DNA of 44,707 bases. Origin: Escherichia phage phiEco273. The stretch lies in sequence record PP786691.1; one strand, given 5' to 3'. Shown here piece after piece: positions 26,401-35,263 of this stretch (the first letter of the stretch is position 1; the number at the start of each line of letters is the position of its first letter). Below the pieces are notes generated by a model. That model saw only the letters and a program-made list of their open reading frames with translations. It ran no database searches and was not told the origin of the DNA. The position numbers were made by a program, and so were the translations under genes.

Positions 26401-26917
26401 ACATTGTTTTACCAACGGCGGCGAATCTGAACTCACGCGGGTCGGCGTTATCCGTATACACCACGATTTTATAGTCGATGCGCCCGCCAACCAGGTCGCC
26501 ATTATCTTCGTTAGTGTACAGGGCCGGTATGCCGACTCGGATGCGCACGGCGTCCAAACTGGTGTCGTTAATCTGGCGCACCCACGGCGTGCCGTTTTCC
26601 AGTTTTACGCCGACAGATTGCTCACTTTCCACCGCCGAAAATCCGTGGATCACATCCTGGTGCTGTGTGCCAGGGCGGAACTCCACGCGAGCGCCTGGGA
26701 AGTTTTCTGACCGGTCCGCGTTCTGGATCGGGGTGCCGTCCAAATATACGCGCTGACGCAATTCGTTAGGGTCGGGAATGCCTTCGAACTCACCTTCGCC
26801 CAGTGCGAGCAAGATGCGGATTTTAGCCAGCGAATGCAGGCTATCGGGCGTCTCCTGTGGAGTGTGCTGTTTGCCGCCGCCGCCTTTATGCCCTGTGACG
26901 TCGTAGATAATCGTCAT
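23477..26917 (-). CDS. tail tip / host specificity protein, lambda J-like
   Basis: 1146 aa; recognisable similarity to lambda gpJ central region (VPNNYDP...YSGNWDGTFK...AWHWYD) recalled from memory; last gene of lambda-like tail tip cluster. Confidence 0.8.
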   Translation of the reverse strand: MTIIYDVTGHKGGGGKQHTPQETPDSLHSLAKIRILLALGEGEFEGIPDPNELRQRVYLDGTPIQNADRSENFPGARVEFRPGTQHQDVIHGFSAVESEQSVGVKLENGTPWVRQINDTSLDAVRIRVGIPALYTNEDNGDLVGGRIDYKIVVYTDNADPREFRFAAVGKTMSLYERDHRIELPASVNTGWRVEVHRITADSTSAKVVNDIRVQSITEIIDARLRYPLTALLFVEFDAKAFQNIPRVSIKCKGRKVLVPNNYDPIRHTYSGNWDGTFKRAWTDNPAWHWYDICITERFGLGRRIKPQMLNRYALYQIAQRCDQLVSDGNGGQEIRFKNDMYIQSQTDAWTVLKDLAAIFAGMTWWGNQMLNIVSDQPVAAVSHTITNASVIDGRFDYASGSQKTRYSTFAVAYGNPKNHYEDAIATGQRVELVRRHKINRLDITAIGCTRESEAQRRGHWALISNQLDQQVSFKVGMEGLFFIPGSVVAIADTNISGGFETRGGRLLSDPGTRTVLNTDSEITFRPGDKFLVRTDSGNVETREIASVNGNKVTLKTALDADPIPDQPFCVDGNDIQLQKFRITDLEYDDSTSTFSVRGIEYNDSKYDAVDNGARLDPGIFTQVPDGVMKGPESVTITPSQISSQGQLITNVDIVFPPVKDAVVYEIQWRRTSLQNMEIQWGNDWVNIPRTASNGAHIPNVFSGNYQARVRAIGMGEISSPWVSSAITPVEGRLGGLNAPIITNAISGLHQILWKWNHNNAATDISYTELEVRKTGETEWKFLTNVPYPGAEYAQTSLEFGIYQQLRARVADKIGNLSDWSAPFEGQVSDKVDEYMKGLDDEFLTSEDGKHFQEAINTIPQGIYESMLTDAQQLFNARAEYKGIYAEIKVAYNVAADANKAVSQLETLIGTRLDDAEASIHTLQTAQSTHEQAFAQYQQTVAAKFGEQEAAIQQVQTATADVAGALAEYKTQVATQFGQQSAAIEQKMTSSFNHSGGSATYSLKAGVTYNGTYYDAGMQLSVVTSGTAVKSRIAFKADQFYIMHPSNGTLSSAFIVDGGAVYIDTARIKDASINFAQITDTLQSNNFVSGSRGWRIQKGGAAEFNEVTVRGRLYANSGEFAFNGQNNTVQINGNGVTVNLPGGEGLY

Positions 26918-27531
26918 TCGTTCAAGTCCTCGGTTACGATTCCGGCGGAAATAATAGCGCCGCCGATCTCACGCTCACCCCATAATACACCAAGTGCTGT
27001 ACCTTGCGCGGTTGTGTTTACCGGACCACCGAACGCATACGAAGCCTTGTTATCCACGTCCTGCCGTGTCTGCAATCCTTTCGGTTGAGGCGACAGCAAT
27101 TGCATAACGCCACCCAGCGCCATCGACATACCGAACGAAAACGTCGCCGTCCCGATAGCGGCAGCGGTTGCAGCCGAAGCCCCAAAAGCGGCAGTAGCAA
27201 GCCCGCCGGTGTAGAACGACGCCACCACGATGGCTACGCCCGCCAGTAATTGGCCTAGTCCGCGTTTTGCGCCGGTCATAACCGGTGCGATGGTCACTAC
27301 GCGGTTGCCGTGGAACTCGCCAAGCTCATCATAACCGGTCATTGTGTGGTTGCCTTTGCGCACCTTGAACATCATATTGTCCAGGTGGGCCGACATTAGA
27401 AAGTCCTGTAAGCCTGGCAACTTCACACACAAGCCGGTGATTCCTTCACCCGGTGTGAAGCAGTCCAGCTTATGCACTTTACCGAATCGACGTCCTAAAA
27501 CGCCGTATAATTTAAATGTGGTCATTGCCAT
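26914..27531 (-). CDS. tail assembly protein, lambda I-like
   Basis: 205 aa; Gly/Ala-rich hydrophobic C-terminal half as in lambda gpI; position between K-like and J-like genes. Confidence 0.7.
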   Translation of the reverse strand: MAMTTFKLYGVLGRRFGKVHKLDCFTPGEGITGLCVKLPGLQDFLMSAHLDNMMFKVRKGNHTMTGYDELGEFHGNRVVTIAPVMTGAKRGLGQLLAGVAIVVASFYTGGLATAAFGASAATAAAIGTATFSFGMSMALGGVMQLLSPQPKGLQTRQDVDNKASYAFGGPVNTTAQGTALGVLWGEREIGGAIISAGIVTEDLNE

Positions 27532-28262
27532 TCTGTTATATTCCCCGGTAGGTCTTTATGACGTACCCATTTAACCACATTGTCCCGGAAAAATCCTGAT
27601 CGGAAGGGTATCACGCTCGACAGGCTGCCGTAGATGTGGTGTAGTAGTTGGTTGCCCGGAAGGAATATCCCGGCATGGTTAGGTACTGGCGCGCTGATCT
27701 GCATGATGACCATCGCCCCCGGCGTATTCTCCTCGCATTCCCTGAAGCCCGCACCGTACCAATTGTCCATATACAGGTTTTCGCCTGTCTCCCACCAGTT
27801 ATACGGCACGCGGAAGTCTGGCAGGTTTACCCCCTGCTTTTTGTGCCAGTCCATGACGAGGCCGTAACAATCCGTAATTCCGAGAACAAATCGGCGGCCC
27901 ACCAGCGGCGGGTCTTCCGGGTCGATCTCGATAAAGTCGCCATATTCGTTAGTGATGGTCCAGACGACGCCGCTGCCGTTGCATCCGTTAACGTCACCCA
28001 ATGATGGGGTTAACTCGCGCTGACCCGGGTGTGAGTGGACTACGCGAACGACGTCGCCCATATCCTCAGCGTCCATCCAGGCCGTATCACTAATGGTAAA
28101 CGCGTCCTTACGCGAGCGCGCACCGGTAGGGTCTTCGAATACGTTAACGCACGGGATAAAAACTTGTTTGCGACCCACCATGACAACCAGGCCGCAGGCT
28201 TCTTCCGGCAGACATGCCGCGACGTGTGCGGCGATATCGCTTTTAACCTTCTTCGTTAACAT
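27522..28262 (-). CDS. tail assembly protein, lambda K-like (MPN/JAB + NlpC/P60-like domains)
   Basis: 246 aa; HSHP motif region and Cys/His-containing C-terminal domain; synteny. Confidence 0.65.
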   Translation of the reverse strand: MLTKKVKSDIAAHVAACLPEEACGLVVMVGRKQVFIPCVNVFEDPTGARSRKDAFTISDTAWMDAEDMGDVVRVVHSHPGQRELTPSLGDVNGCNGSGVVWTITNEYGDFIEIDPEDPPLVGRRFVLGITDCYGLVMDWHKKQGVNLPDFRVPYNWWETGENLYMDNWYGAGFRECEENTPGAMVIMQISAPVPNHAGIFLPGNQLLHHIYGSLSSVIPFRSGFFRDNVVKWVRHKDLPGNITEWQ

Positions 28263-28264
28263 AA

Positions 28265-29053
28265 CTACCCCTTAATTAATCTGGACCCCGGAAAGCCGCC
28301 GAAGTCCAGCACCGCCGCTTTCGGGTCCGCAAGCCCTTGCCCAAATCGAAGATAACAGTCGGACAAACAGCCGCCGCATCGGTCCATATTCATCGCAATG
28401 ACTTCATTACCTCGCTCGTCGTAATACTTGATGCCGGGTTTCGCAAGGTTCCAGGTGCACCCGTCCCCGCTGGCGTACTTCCCGTTGAGCGCCCATTCGC
28501 ACATATTCATGATTTGGCGACGGGGGACGACCTGCCCTTCCATATCTGCGGGTGAGGATAGCGCGAAGGTGATCTGCTTACCCGGATTTCGGCCCACCTG
28601 GGAGTCGATGTAATACTCCTGAACTCGTTTCTGCGTCGGGTCTGGATCTGTCCCGTTATCCAGGAACTTCGCGAACGTATCTATGATCTCAACCTTCGCG
28701 CCCAGTAGCTGGTCATGGTTCAGCGACAGCCTGGTGATTATTCCGCCAATATCGACGATGGTTAGCTGCGGTTCTGCCGCCGTTGACGTGGAGAAGTTGA
28801 GTCCAGACAGCTCGAAGGGCCAGAATTCGAACTCCTGCCCGCCGAAGAAGATGGATTTTGGCTTCAGCTTATCCTCGTCACCCCCAGCGGCAGCAATATC
28901 CTCGGCAGTGTGCGGAATAAAGCAGTAGTGAAAATAGTGATGCCCCGCTCCGATCGCGCCGTCGCCCGGTTCCACGTCCTGAGCGTCAATGTGAATCAGG
29001 CGAACGCGTCCTGATGGGTCAAAGCGCGTCGCTTCACGATAGAGTTTATTCAT
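28265..29053 (-). CDS. minor tail protein, lambda L-like
   Basis: 262 aa; C-terminal Cys cluster (CEWALNGKYASGDGCTW...CGGCLSDC) as in gpL; synteny. Confidence 0.65.
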   Translation of the reverse strand: MNKLYREATRFDPSGRVRLIHIDAQDVEPGDGAIGAGHHYFHYCFIPHTAEDIAAAGGDEDKLKPKSIFFGGQEFEFWPFELSGLNFSTSTAAEPQLTIVDIGGIITRLSLNHDQLLGAKVEIIDTFAKFLDNGTDPDPTQKRVQEYYIDSQVGRNPGKQITFALSSPADMEGQVVPRRQIMNMCEWALNGKYASGDGCTWNLAKPGIKYYDERGNEVIAMNMDRCGGCLSDCYLRFGQGLADPKAAVLDFGGFPGSRLIKG

Positions 29054-29649
29054 CTTACGAATCCAATAGCAGTCTTAAGGGTGGCGGATACCGTTGCCGT
29101 GTAGTGCCCGTTGTCCGTGTACGACAAGCTCGAACGCTCGACCACGAATAAACCTGTTTCGCCATCCGGTGCTGTGACAATGAACGGTTTTACAAAGTGC
29201 CCGCGAAGGAAGTTGTAAACCAGTTTAGGGTCGCACCATTTGTCAGTAGTCAGTCCGACGAATTGCACGGGGAACTGTTTCGTTTCTGCGTTCGGGCCGT
29301 CCGCGATGTTCTGTCCGTAGCCATTACCGAATTGCAATTCCTCAGACCGGAAAGCTAACTGCACGTCGCCACCGCCCTGCAATTGCATGTGCCAGTAATA
29401 GGGCCATTCGTTTGATCGCGGGTCGTGTGCTTCGATTAGCTCATATACCGCACCGGATTTCGTTGGACCTACCCAGTTATCTTTCAGCGTAATGACCGTG
29501 TTCGAGTTGAATGCTGCAATTTTGCCGGTGTAGTCGTTGCCGTCGATGCGGGCGAATACGCGTACCTTCCCGATCTCGCTAAGGAACGCCGTCCCCACGC
29601 CCGTAACGGTCTTACTCCCCTTAGTCAATGTGATTGTACCTTGTGACAT
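29050..29649 (-). CDS. minor tail protein (lambda M position)
   Basis: 199 aa; synteny between tape measure and L-like gene. Confidence 0.5.
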   Translation of the reverse strand: MSQGTITLTKGSKTVTGVGTAFLSEIGKVRVFARIDGNDYTGKIAAFNSNTVITLKDNWVGPTKSGAVYELIEAHDPRSNEWPYYWHMQLQGGGDVQLAFRSEELQFGNGYGQNIADGPNAETKQFPVQFVGLTTDKWCDPKLVYNFLRGHFVKPFIVTAPDGETGLFVVERSSLSYTDNGHYTATVSATLKTAIGFVR

Positions 29650-29685
29650 AAAAAAGCCCCCACGATGGATGTGAGGGCCATTTTA

Positions 29686-32328
29686 TCATCGTTTGTAAAG
29701 TACACCACCTGGTTTAGTCGCTTTCACGATCTCGGACTTCACCGCCTCGGTGATTTGCTTGCCGAACGCCTGCGCGGTACGGGGATCCGGCCCGCTGACA
29801 CTGGTATCCGTTTTACCGGTCCCCGTGTAAACGTTAGTCGTCACGACCATACCACCGCCTGCGCCAGACGCGGCAACGCCCAGTTTCCCGTCCGGCCCGC
29901 GCTTCAGCGGCATGATGGCCTCGGGGCCAGCCTCGCCCATCAATCCTGCGCCCTTAGCGAACGCCTGGACGCCATAACTGAAAAAGGTAGGCTGACTTAC
30001 CACTTTCCCCGAATAGGCCGCGAGATTGCCTCCTGCGTACGCTCCGCCGTCCGCATTCTTAGTTAGGCCAGAGAAGATAGCGCCGAACAATCCGTTTTTG
30101 CCGCCGTCGCCACCGAAAGCGCTAACGATCGACTTGAAAGCCTGCGAGGTAGCCAGCTTGATTAATTCGCTAAGGATGGACTTAACCATATCCTTTGCGT
30201 TCAGCTTGCCAGTCTCGAAAAACTCGTTCATCGTGTCTTGCATAGCGCTGAACGTGAATTTCGTTAGCGTCGCCATCTGCGTATATCCGTTACCCATTTC
30301 ATCCACGCTATCCTTAAGCCCGCGACTGAATCCATCCCATAGCGAGGCGTTAGCGCCGGTCTGCGCCTCCTGCACTTCGCGCAGCTTAGACACCGCCTTG
30401 TCGATATCGGCATCGTTCGCGCCAACCCGCTTCAGGCGGTCAATTAGCTGCAATTCTTCGCGCAGGTTTGCCGCTTCGCGAGTAGAAAGCGCATAACCAG
30501 CGGCGGTAGCTTTTAGTTCGGCGTTCTGGTTCTTAACGAAGGCGTCGATCTGCGCGTGCGCCTTAACCTGCTTCTCTTTCGCATCCAGCAATTTGGCTTC
30601 TTCGACGATCTGCTCGCGGACTTCCTTCACGCGCCCGAACTCGACTAATTGCTGCTTCTCTGCTGCCGTCAGCGCCCTTTCTTTGCTTGCGGCAATTAAC
30701 TGCTCATTGTCGGCGATCAGCTTGTTTAAGGCCGCTTGAGCGCGTTGAGTGCGGGTCTGTGTAGATGCGTTGGCTTCGATCTGCTTGCCGGATTCTCGAA
30801 GCTGGGCCAGTTCACTCCGTGCTACTTCCAGCATTTTCATACCGGCGTCCACGCGAACAGCCGCGGCCTTCTTCGGGGCGGGGTCTTTGTAGCGCTCGTT
30901 GACCTGCTTAACCGCCTCGGCTAGTTCTTTCTCATCAATAACGCCGCGCTTATTCAGCAAATTGAGGCGGGCGATCTCGTCGGCGCGCTTCTTAGCGTTG
31001 GTGGCGTATTCCTTCTCGAACGCGGCGCGGTCACGGGCAGTGCGGTTGGCCTCCTCGTTCGCCTTTGCGGATTCGTCTGCGGCGCGGGCGTTGTCTCGCT
31101 CCGCACGGTTACGCAGGGTGAGCGACGCCACCACTTTTTCCTGGGCGACCAGTTCGCTGTAAAGCATGTTAATACGTGCTTTCTGCGCTTCAGTCATTAC
31201 CCCACCGGCAGCGTTTACCGCTTTCATCTCGGCATAATAAGCCGTGGTCATGCGCTGCAATGACTCACGCGCTTTCATCTCTGACTCATTCGAGGACTGC
31301 GCACGTCCAACATCCAGGATGGCATCCCACATAGATTTAGCTGCCGATGTGACGGTGTTCATCGACCGCTCAAGCGTACCCATGTTGGACTTGATTTCAT
31401 TGGTCATGCTGGTGAACGACGCAGCGGCTGTTTTGTTAGCCAACGCAACTGCGTCTGTCTCACGACCCGCATCAACGAGCGACTGTACCTGCTGGATCTG
31501 CGCTTCGTTTACGACGTGATACTTATCCGCCAGCGCACGCAGTCCGCCTACCGGGTCGGTAGACAGCTTAGCCACCGCCGCGACTACATCCTCGATCGGC
31601 TGGCTGGACACCTTCGCGAAGTCATTCACTACCTTAGCCAATGCGCCGAAGTCACCACCCGCTTTCACACCAGCCGCCGCCAGCGCCTGGATTGTGTCAC
31701 GCGTCTTGCGGAATGATCCGCCCATGCGCTCGGCGTTCTCGGATAGCACCAGGATCTGGTTAGCTGTGAGGCCGGAGATATTGCCGGACAGCGCCAGCGT
31801 CTTATTAAGCGCGGCTACCTGGTTCTCTGCCCGTGACGTAATTGCCACGCCCACGCCTAACGTCGCCGTTACGGCAGCAAGTCCGATCCCTACTGGGCCG
31901 AGGAAGCCCGCAACATAACGCAGCGTGTTACCCAGTCCGCCAAATGCGCCGGTTAGCTGTGGTAGCTGCTGAAGCATGACGCGGTGCACCGGCATACCCA
32001 TCTCAAGCGTAACCGCGATATCCTGTAACTGGAATGCCGCGTTCCGCGATGCGAATCCCAGGTTTTTGGTTGACATGCCTAGTCGGCTGGCGAGTCGCTC
32101 TTGTTTCGTCATGCCGTCGGCGGCACGCTGAGATTCAGTCGCTAACTTTTCCATTCCGCCAGCGGCGTCACCCGTGACCTTTTTCGACTTGCCGAGGGTG
32201 TCGTTTAATTTTTTGACTTTCTGTTCTGTGTTCTCGGATTTCTGCGCAAATGTGTCCAGCACAGTATTAGCCGTTTTAATTTGCGCGACGTCCGCCTTGA
32301 GCGTGATGCCCGCTGCCTGATCTGCCAT
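29686..32328 (-). CDS. tail tape measure protein
   Basis: ORF 29686..32367; probable start ATG 32328 with AAGGGGGG RBS; long Ala/Lys/Glu-rich coiled-coil protein in canonical position. Confidence 0.75.
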   Translation of the reverse strand: MADQAAGITLKADVAQIKTANTVLDTFAQKSENTEQKVKKLNDTLGKSKKVTGDAAGGMEKLATESQRAADGMTKQERLASRLGMSTKNLGFASRNAAFQLQDIAVTLEMGMPVHRVMLQQLPQLTGAFGGLGNTLRYVAGFLGPVGIGLAAVTATLGVGVAITSRAENQVAALNKTLALSGNISGLTANQILVLSENAERMGGSFRKTRDTIQALAAAGVKAGGDFGALAKVVNDFAKVSSQPIEDVVAAVAKLSTDPVGGLRALADKYHVVNEAQIQQVQSLVDAGRETDAVALANKTAAASFTSMTNEIKSNMGTLERSMNTVTSAAKSMWDAILDVGRAQSSNESEMKARESLQRMTTAYYAEMKAVNAAGGVMTEAQKARINMLYSELVAQEKVVASLTLRNRAERDNARAADESAKANEEANRTARDRAAFEKEYATNAKKRADEIARLNLLNKRGVIDEKELAEAVKQVNERYKDPAPKKAAAVRVDAGMKMLEVARSELAQLRESGKQIEANASTQTRTQRAQAALNKLIADNEQLIAASKERALTAAEKQQLVEFGRVKEVREQIVEEAKLLDAKEKQVKAHAQIDAFVKNQNAELKATAAGYALSTREAANLREELQLIDRLKRVGANDADIDKAVSKLREVQEAQTGANASLWDGFSRGLKDSVDEMGNGYTQMATLTKFTFSAMQDTMNEFFETGKLNAKDMVKSILSELIKLATSQAFKSIVSAFGGDGGKNGLFGAIFSGLTKNADGGAYAGGNLAAYSGKVVSQPTFFSYGVQAFAKGAGLMGEAGPEAIMPLKRGPDGKLGVAASGAGGGMVVTTNVYTGTGKTDTSVSGPDPRTAQAFGKQITEAVKSEIVKATKPGGVLYKR

Positions 32329-32398
32329 TATGCAGTCCCCCCTTTTTATGCAGTTGCCGTCGGTCATTGTATCAGCGAATTTAAAACAAACCTTATTC

Positions 32399-32712
32399 AG
32401 TCTCAGACGAGGGGGGCCATTGACCCCCGTCTAGTCTGAAAGACTGGGCTTTGTCCCGCCTGTCCCGATCGGCTAAAACCCGCGGCAGCACTGGCGGGGA
32501 CAGGGGTGCTGTCCCGCTTTGTCCCGCCTCATTCTGTCCCGCTTTTTGTCCCGCTTACTTTATGCAATAAAACTGAATAGACATTCACATTTTGGGGGCG
32601 GGACAGATCGGGACAGCACCCCTGTCCCGCTTTTAATTTATGCAATTGTGGTGAGTAAATATGCAGTTTTAGAGGTGCGGGACAAAACGGGACGTCCCGC
32701 CTGTCCCGCTCC
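32399..32712. repeat. Repeat element copy 2 (GC hairpin + GTCCCGC array, extended by additional direct/inverted heptamers and TTATGCA motifs) filling the GT-chaperone / tape-measure intergenic gap
   Basis: Direct reading; ~15 heptamer copies; first ~185 bp about 85 percent identical to 4106-4290. Confidence 0.8.
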
Positions 32713-32713
32713 G

Positions 32714-33037
32714 TTATGCGGGGTTCTGCCGCGCCATTTCATCCAGCGCAACGCGTTCCATTAGCTTGATATCTTTAAACGCACGTTGCGCGTTTTCGAT
32801 GCCGTGCATATTAAATAACCATTCCAGTACGCCGTAGTCGATGCCGTATGCGCCACCGAATCCGGTACGCCATTGCGTGGCGCAATCCGTGAAGACTGCG
32901 ACTACCTTCGCATTGTCGGGCCATAGTGCAACCGGCGGGCAAACATCTTCGGGGGCCGCACCCCATAAACTTGCGGCTAAATCTTCGGAGGGTGGCGGCG
33001 GGCCATAAAAGCGTCGCGCCGCCTCAATTAGTTTTTT
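32714..33037 (-). CDS. tail assembly chaperone -1 frameshift extension (GT-type fusion product)
   Basis: Slippery heptamer A_AAA_AAC (33037-33031) immediately before the G-like stop; the -1 frame stays open for ~105 codons to TAA at 32716-32714 with no internal start signal. Confidence 0.6.
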   Translation of the reverse strand, partial: KKLIEAARRFYGPPPPSEDLAASLWGAAPEDVCPPVALWPDNAKVVAVFTDCATQWRTGFGGAYGIDYGVLEWLFNMHGIENAQRAFKDIKLMERVALDEMARQNPA

Positions 33038-33390
33038 TCACGCAGCCCCATCAGTTCGAGATAGTACGACGTGTGGAACACGCCGAACGCGCGCGGGTAG
33101 TTGACCACCAGGCGGCGGACGTTCTCCGCGTTAAATTCGTCCGGCAGATTCCAGCCTTCAGCGACGTGCATTATGGCCTCGACCATAACGTTAAAGCCGT
33201 CAGGGTCATTGTCGTCATACTCCGACAACTTGCGCTCAGTATCCTGCATGGTCTGCGAAAATTCGTCGATCGGGCGGTGGCGCACGGTAAACGTCATTTT
33301 CCCCGGTTCGTTTTCACCGGGGCGCGGGATCTCAATCGGCAGCTTAAAGGTCGGCTTAGGGTCAAGTGTGAAGAGTGGTGCTTTTGCCAT
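33028..33390 (-). CDS. tail assembly chaperone (lambda G-like)
   Basis: ATG 33390 with GGAGA RBS; acidic ~120-aa protein between major tail and tape measure genes. Confidence 0.6.
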   Translation of the reverse strand: MAKAPLFTLDPKPTFKLPIEIPRPGENEPGKMTFTVRHRPIDEFSQTMQDTERKLSEYDDNDPDGFNVMVEAIMHVAEGWNLPDEFNAENVRRLVVNYPRAFGVFHTSYYLELMGLREKN

Positions 33391-33405
33391 TGTAGTATTC
33401 TCCAA

Positions 33406-33430
33406 TAAAAAAGGGGCCGTACTGGCCCCA
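33406..33430 (-). terminator. intrinsic terminator after major tail protein gene (GGGGCCAGTACGGCCCC + TTTTTT on minus strand)
   Basis: Strong hairpin followed by T6 on the coding strand. Confidence 0.65.
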
Positions 33431-33459
33431 TATTAACACCCGCTATTTAAGCGACCAAA

Positions 33460-34185
33460 TTACGACAGCGCTTCAACCAGGTCCTTACGGTAAATAACCA
33501 TATCGGATTGCATGGTCAGAGTGGACTCCACCGTCTCCACGTTGTTTACTTCAGCCGATGGAATCTTCTGGAAAGACACCTTAGCCGGGTAAATGCGGAT
33601 CTCACCTTTGCCGCTTGCCGCTGCCGGGTTGGTGAACTTAATCACAGTGGTTTTCTGTGTGTCGTCCAGGTCTTCCAGAATCGGGCGGATCGGGTCTTCT
33701 TCGTCGTGGGTGAAAGTGTAGGTCTGGACCAACGGGTTTTTCGTGGTGTTCAGACTGATCGCGGTATTCACCTGCAACGGCTGGAAGGTGGTGGTCTGCT
33801 GGTCGCCACCCGACACGGCAACGTTAGTGATATACGGGAAGTCGATAAAATTCGACACTTTCACCACTTCGCCTGGGGTTCCCGCCCCAAAAGCACCGGC
33901 AGGATATTTGGTGACGTCTTGAGTATCGAAGCGCGCCAGTGTAACGTCGTTAGTCGCCACTTTACCCACGATGAACGCGCGGTTCAGCGCACGGACCCAC
34001 GGGGCTTTAGTGAACATAACCACGTCGCCAACTTTCAAGCCATGAGAAGCCGCGCAGGTGATAACGCACCCTTTCGTAAGATCAGAGATCGACGCGGCGG
34101 CGTTGGTAGCTGCCGTAACAGCGATACCGTTGCCCAGTACGGACCCAATCTGGACGCTAGACCCGTTAGGAAGTTGATAACCCAT
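33460..34185 (-). CDS. major tail protein
   Basis: 241 aa; AGGAG RBS; followed by strong terminator and chaperone/tape measure genes. Confidence 0.65.
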   Translation of the reverse strand: MGYQLPNGSSVQIGSVLGNGIAVTAATNAAASISDLTKGCVITCAASHGLKVGDVVMFTKAPWVRALNRAFIVGKVATNDVTLARFDTQDVTKYPAGAFGAGTPGEVVKVSNFIDFPYITNVAVSGGDQQTTTFQPLQVNTAISLNTTKNPLVQTYTFTHDEEDPIRPILEDLDDTQKTTVIKFTNPAAASGKGEIRIYPAKVSFQKIPSAEVNNVETVESTLTMQSDMVIYRKDLVEALS

Positions 34186-34246
34186 AATGAACGCTCCTGT
34201 TTAGATATACGGTTCAATGATACAGCACGCGCAGAATAGCGCCAAA

Positions 34247-34669
34247 TCAGGCGCAACATGTGTAGGGGACTGTAACCACGATGCGTGCGCGGTCTACATC
34301 CTCAATCACGGAACTGGTGTATGGCGCGTCCTGAAGCTGGAACGCTGCGCCAGCGATCTTGACTGCCTGCCACTTATCCGACGTGGCGATGGAGTCCGCC
34401 AGTTCGCTCGCGTACTGTGTCCCCGTGCCCGCGGGAAACACTACTGCAACCTGATAAACGCCTGCATAGATCCGGCCTTTCTGCTGAAAGCCAACAAACT
34501 GGGTCGGGGCCGGTAGCAAGTACGGCTCCAGGTATACACCATTGCCGTTAGCGTGGTCGCCGCTCACGTTCTCCCAGTTAACCTGGATCGGACGCTGGCT
34601 AGTGCTCAGGCTAACCGCTAATTCTTCAACCACGCGGTTAAGCGCCTTGCGGATTAGAGTATTGCTCAT
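34247..34669 (-). CDS. tail terminator / tail completion protein (lambda U position)
   Basis: 140 aa; synteny. Confidence 0.45.
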   Translation of the reverse strand: MSNTLIRKALNRVVEELAVSLSTSQRPIQVNWENVSGDHANGNGVYLEPYLLPAPTQFVGFQQKGRIYAGVYQVAVVFPAGTGTQYASELADSIATSDKWQAVKIAGAAFQLQDAPYTSSVIEDVDRARIVVTVPYTCCA

Positions 34670-35262
34670 TATTTCACCTTAGAATTAATTTCAGCCGCTA
34701 CGACGCGAACAATCCCCGCGGGCGCTTGTTTACTCCAGCCATACTCAAGTCGCTGCGCATACGGCACATTGTTAGTAAACCAGATAGACCCGTATTCACC
34801 GGAATCGTAATGCGCCAGCACTTCACGCCCCGCGGCTAATGTTGCCGTTCCGGACTTGTCCACGCGGTCAATAGCGCCGACAGCCGGGCGGTCGAACGTA
34901 ACCTGCCAGTTCCCCCGGAAGCGTCCGCCGGTGTAATTCTTCGCAGCCCAGCCACGTTGGCGGAACGTGACGTTGCCGTTTTTAGTTTTAAATGAGATGA
35001 GCACACTGGCGTGCTTCTTCTGCCCGCGCTTCAGTTTGCCGCCATTCTTGCGGCGCTGTGCGGCGTTCACCTTGTTCGCGTGCTGGCGGGCCATCGCATA
35101 AGCCTTGTTAATCTTCCACCGGCGAGGGTCGCCCACCGGGGAGATCTCAATAAGGCGTCCGAGTATTTGCATACCGTACGCCCGCACCGCCTTATCGTTG
35201 TTCTCCTTCGTCTTATCCACCCATGTTGCAATGGTGGCAGCGAATGAGTAGACCTCAGCCAC
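34669..35262 (-). CDS. neck / tail completion protein (lambda Z or HK97 gp10 position)
   Basis: 197 aa; synteny. Confidence 0.45.
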   Translation of the reverse strand: MAEVYSFAATIATWVDKTKENNDKAVRAYGMQILGRLIEISPVGDPRRWKINKAYAMARQHANKVNAAQRRKNGGKLKRGQKKHASVLISFKTKNGNVTFRQRGWAAKNYTGGRFRGNWQVTFDRPAVGAIDRVDKSGTATLAAGREVLAHYDSGEYGSIWFTNNVPYAQRLEYGWSKQAPAGIVRVVAAEINSKVK

Positions 35263-35263
35263 G

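Noticed and set aside
33508-34239. 243-aa plus-strand ORF
   Set aside because: Antisense to the major tail protein gene; Arg-rich and lacking ribosome-binding context.
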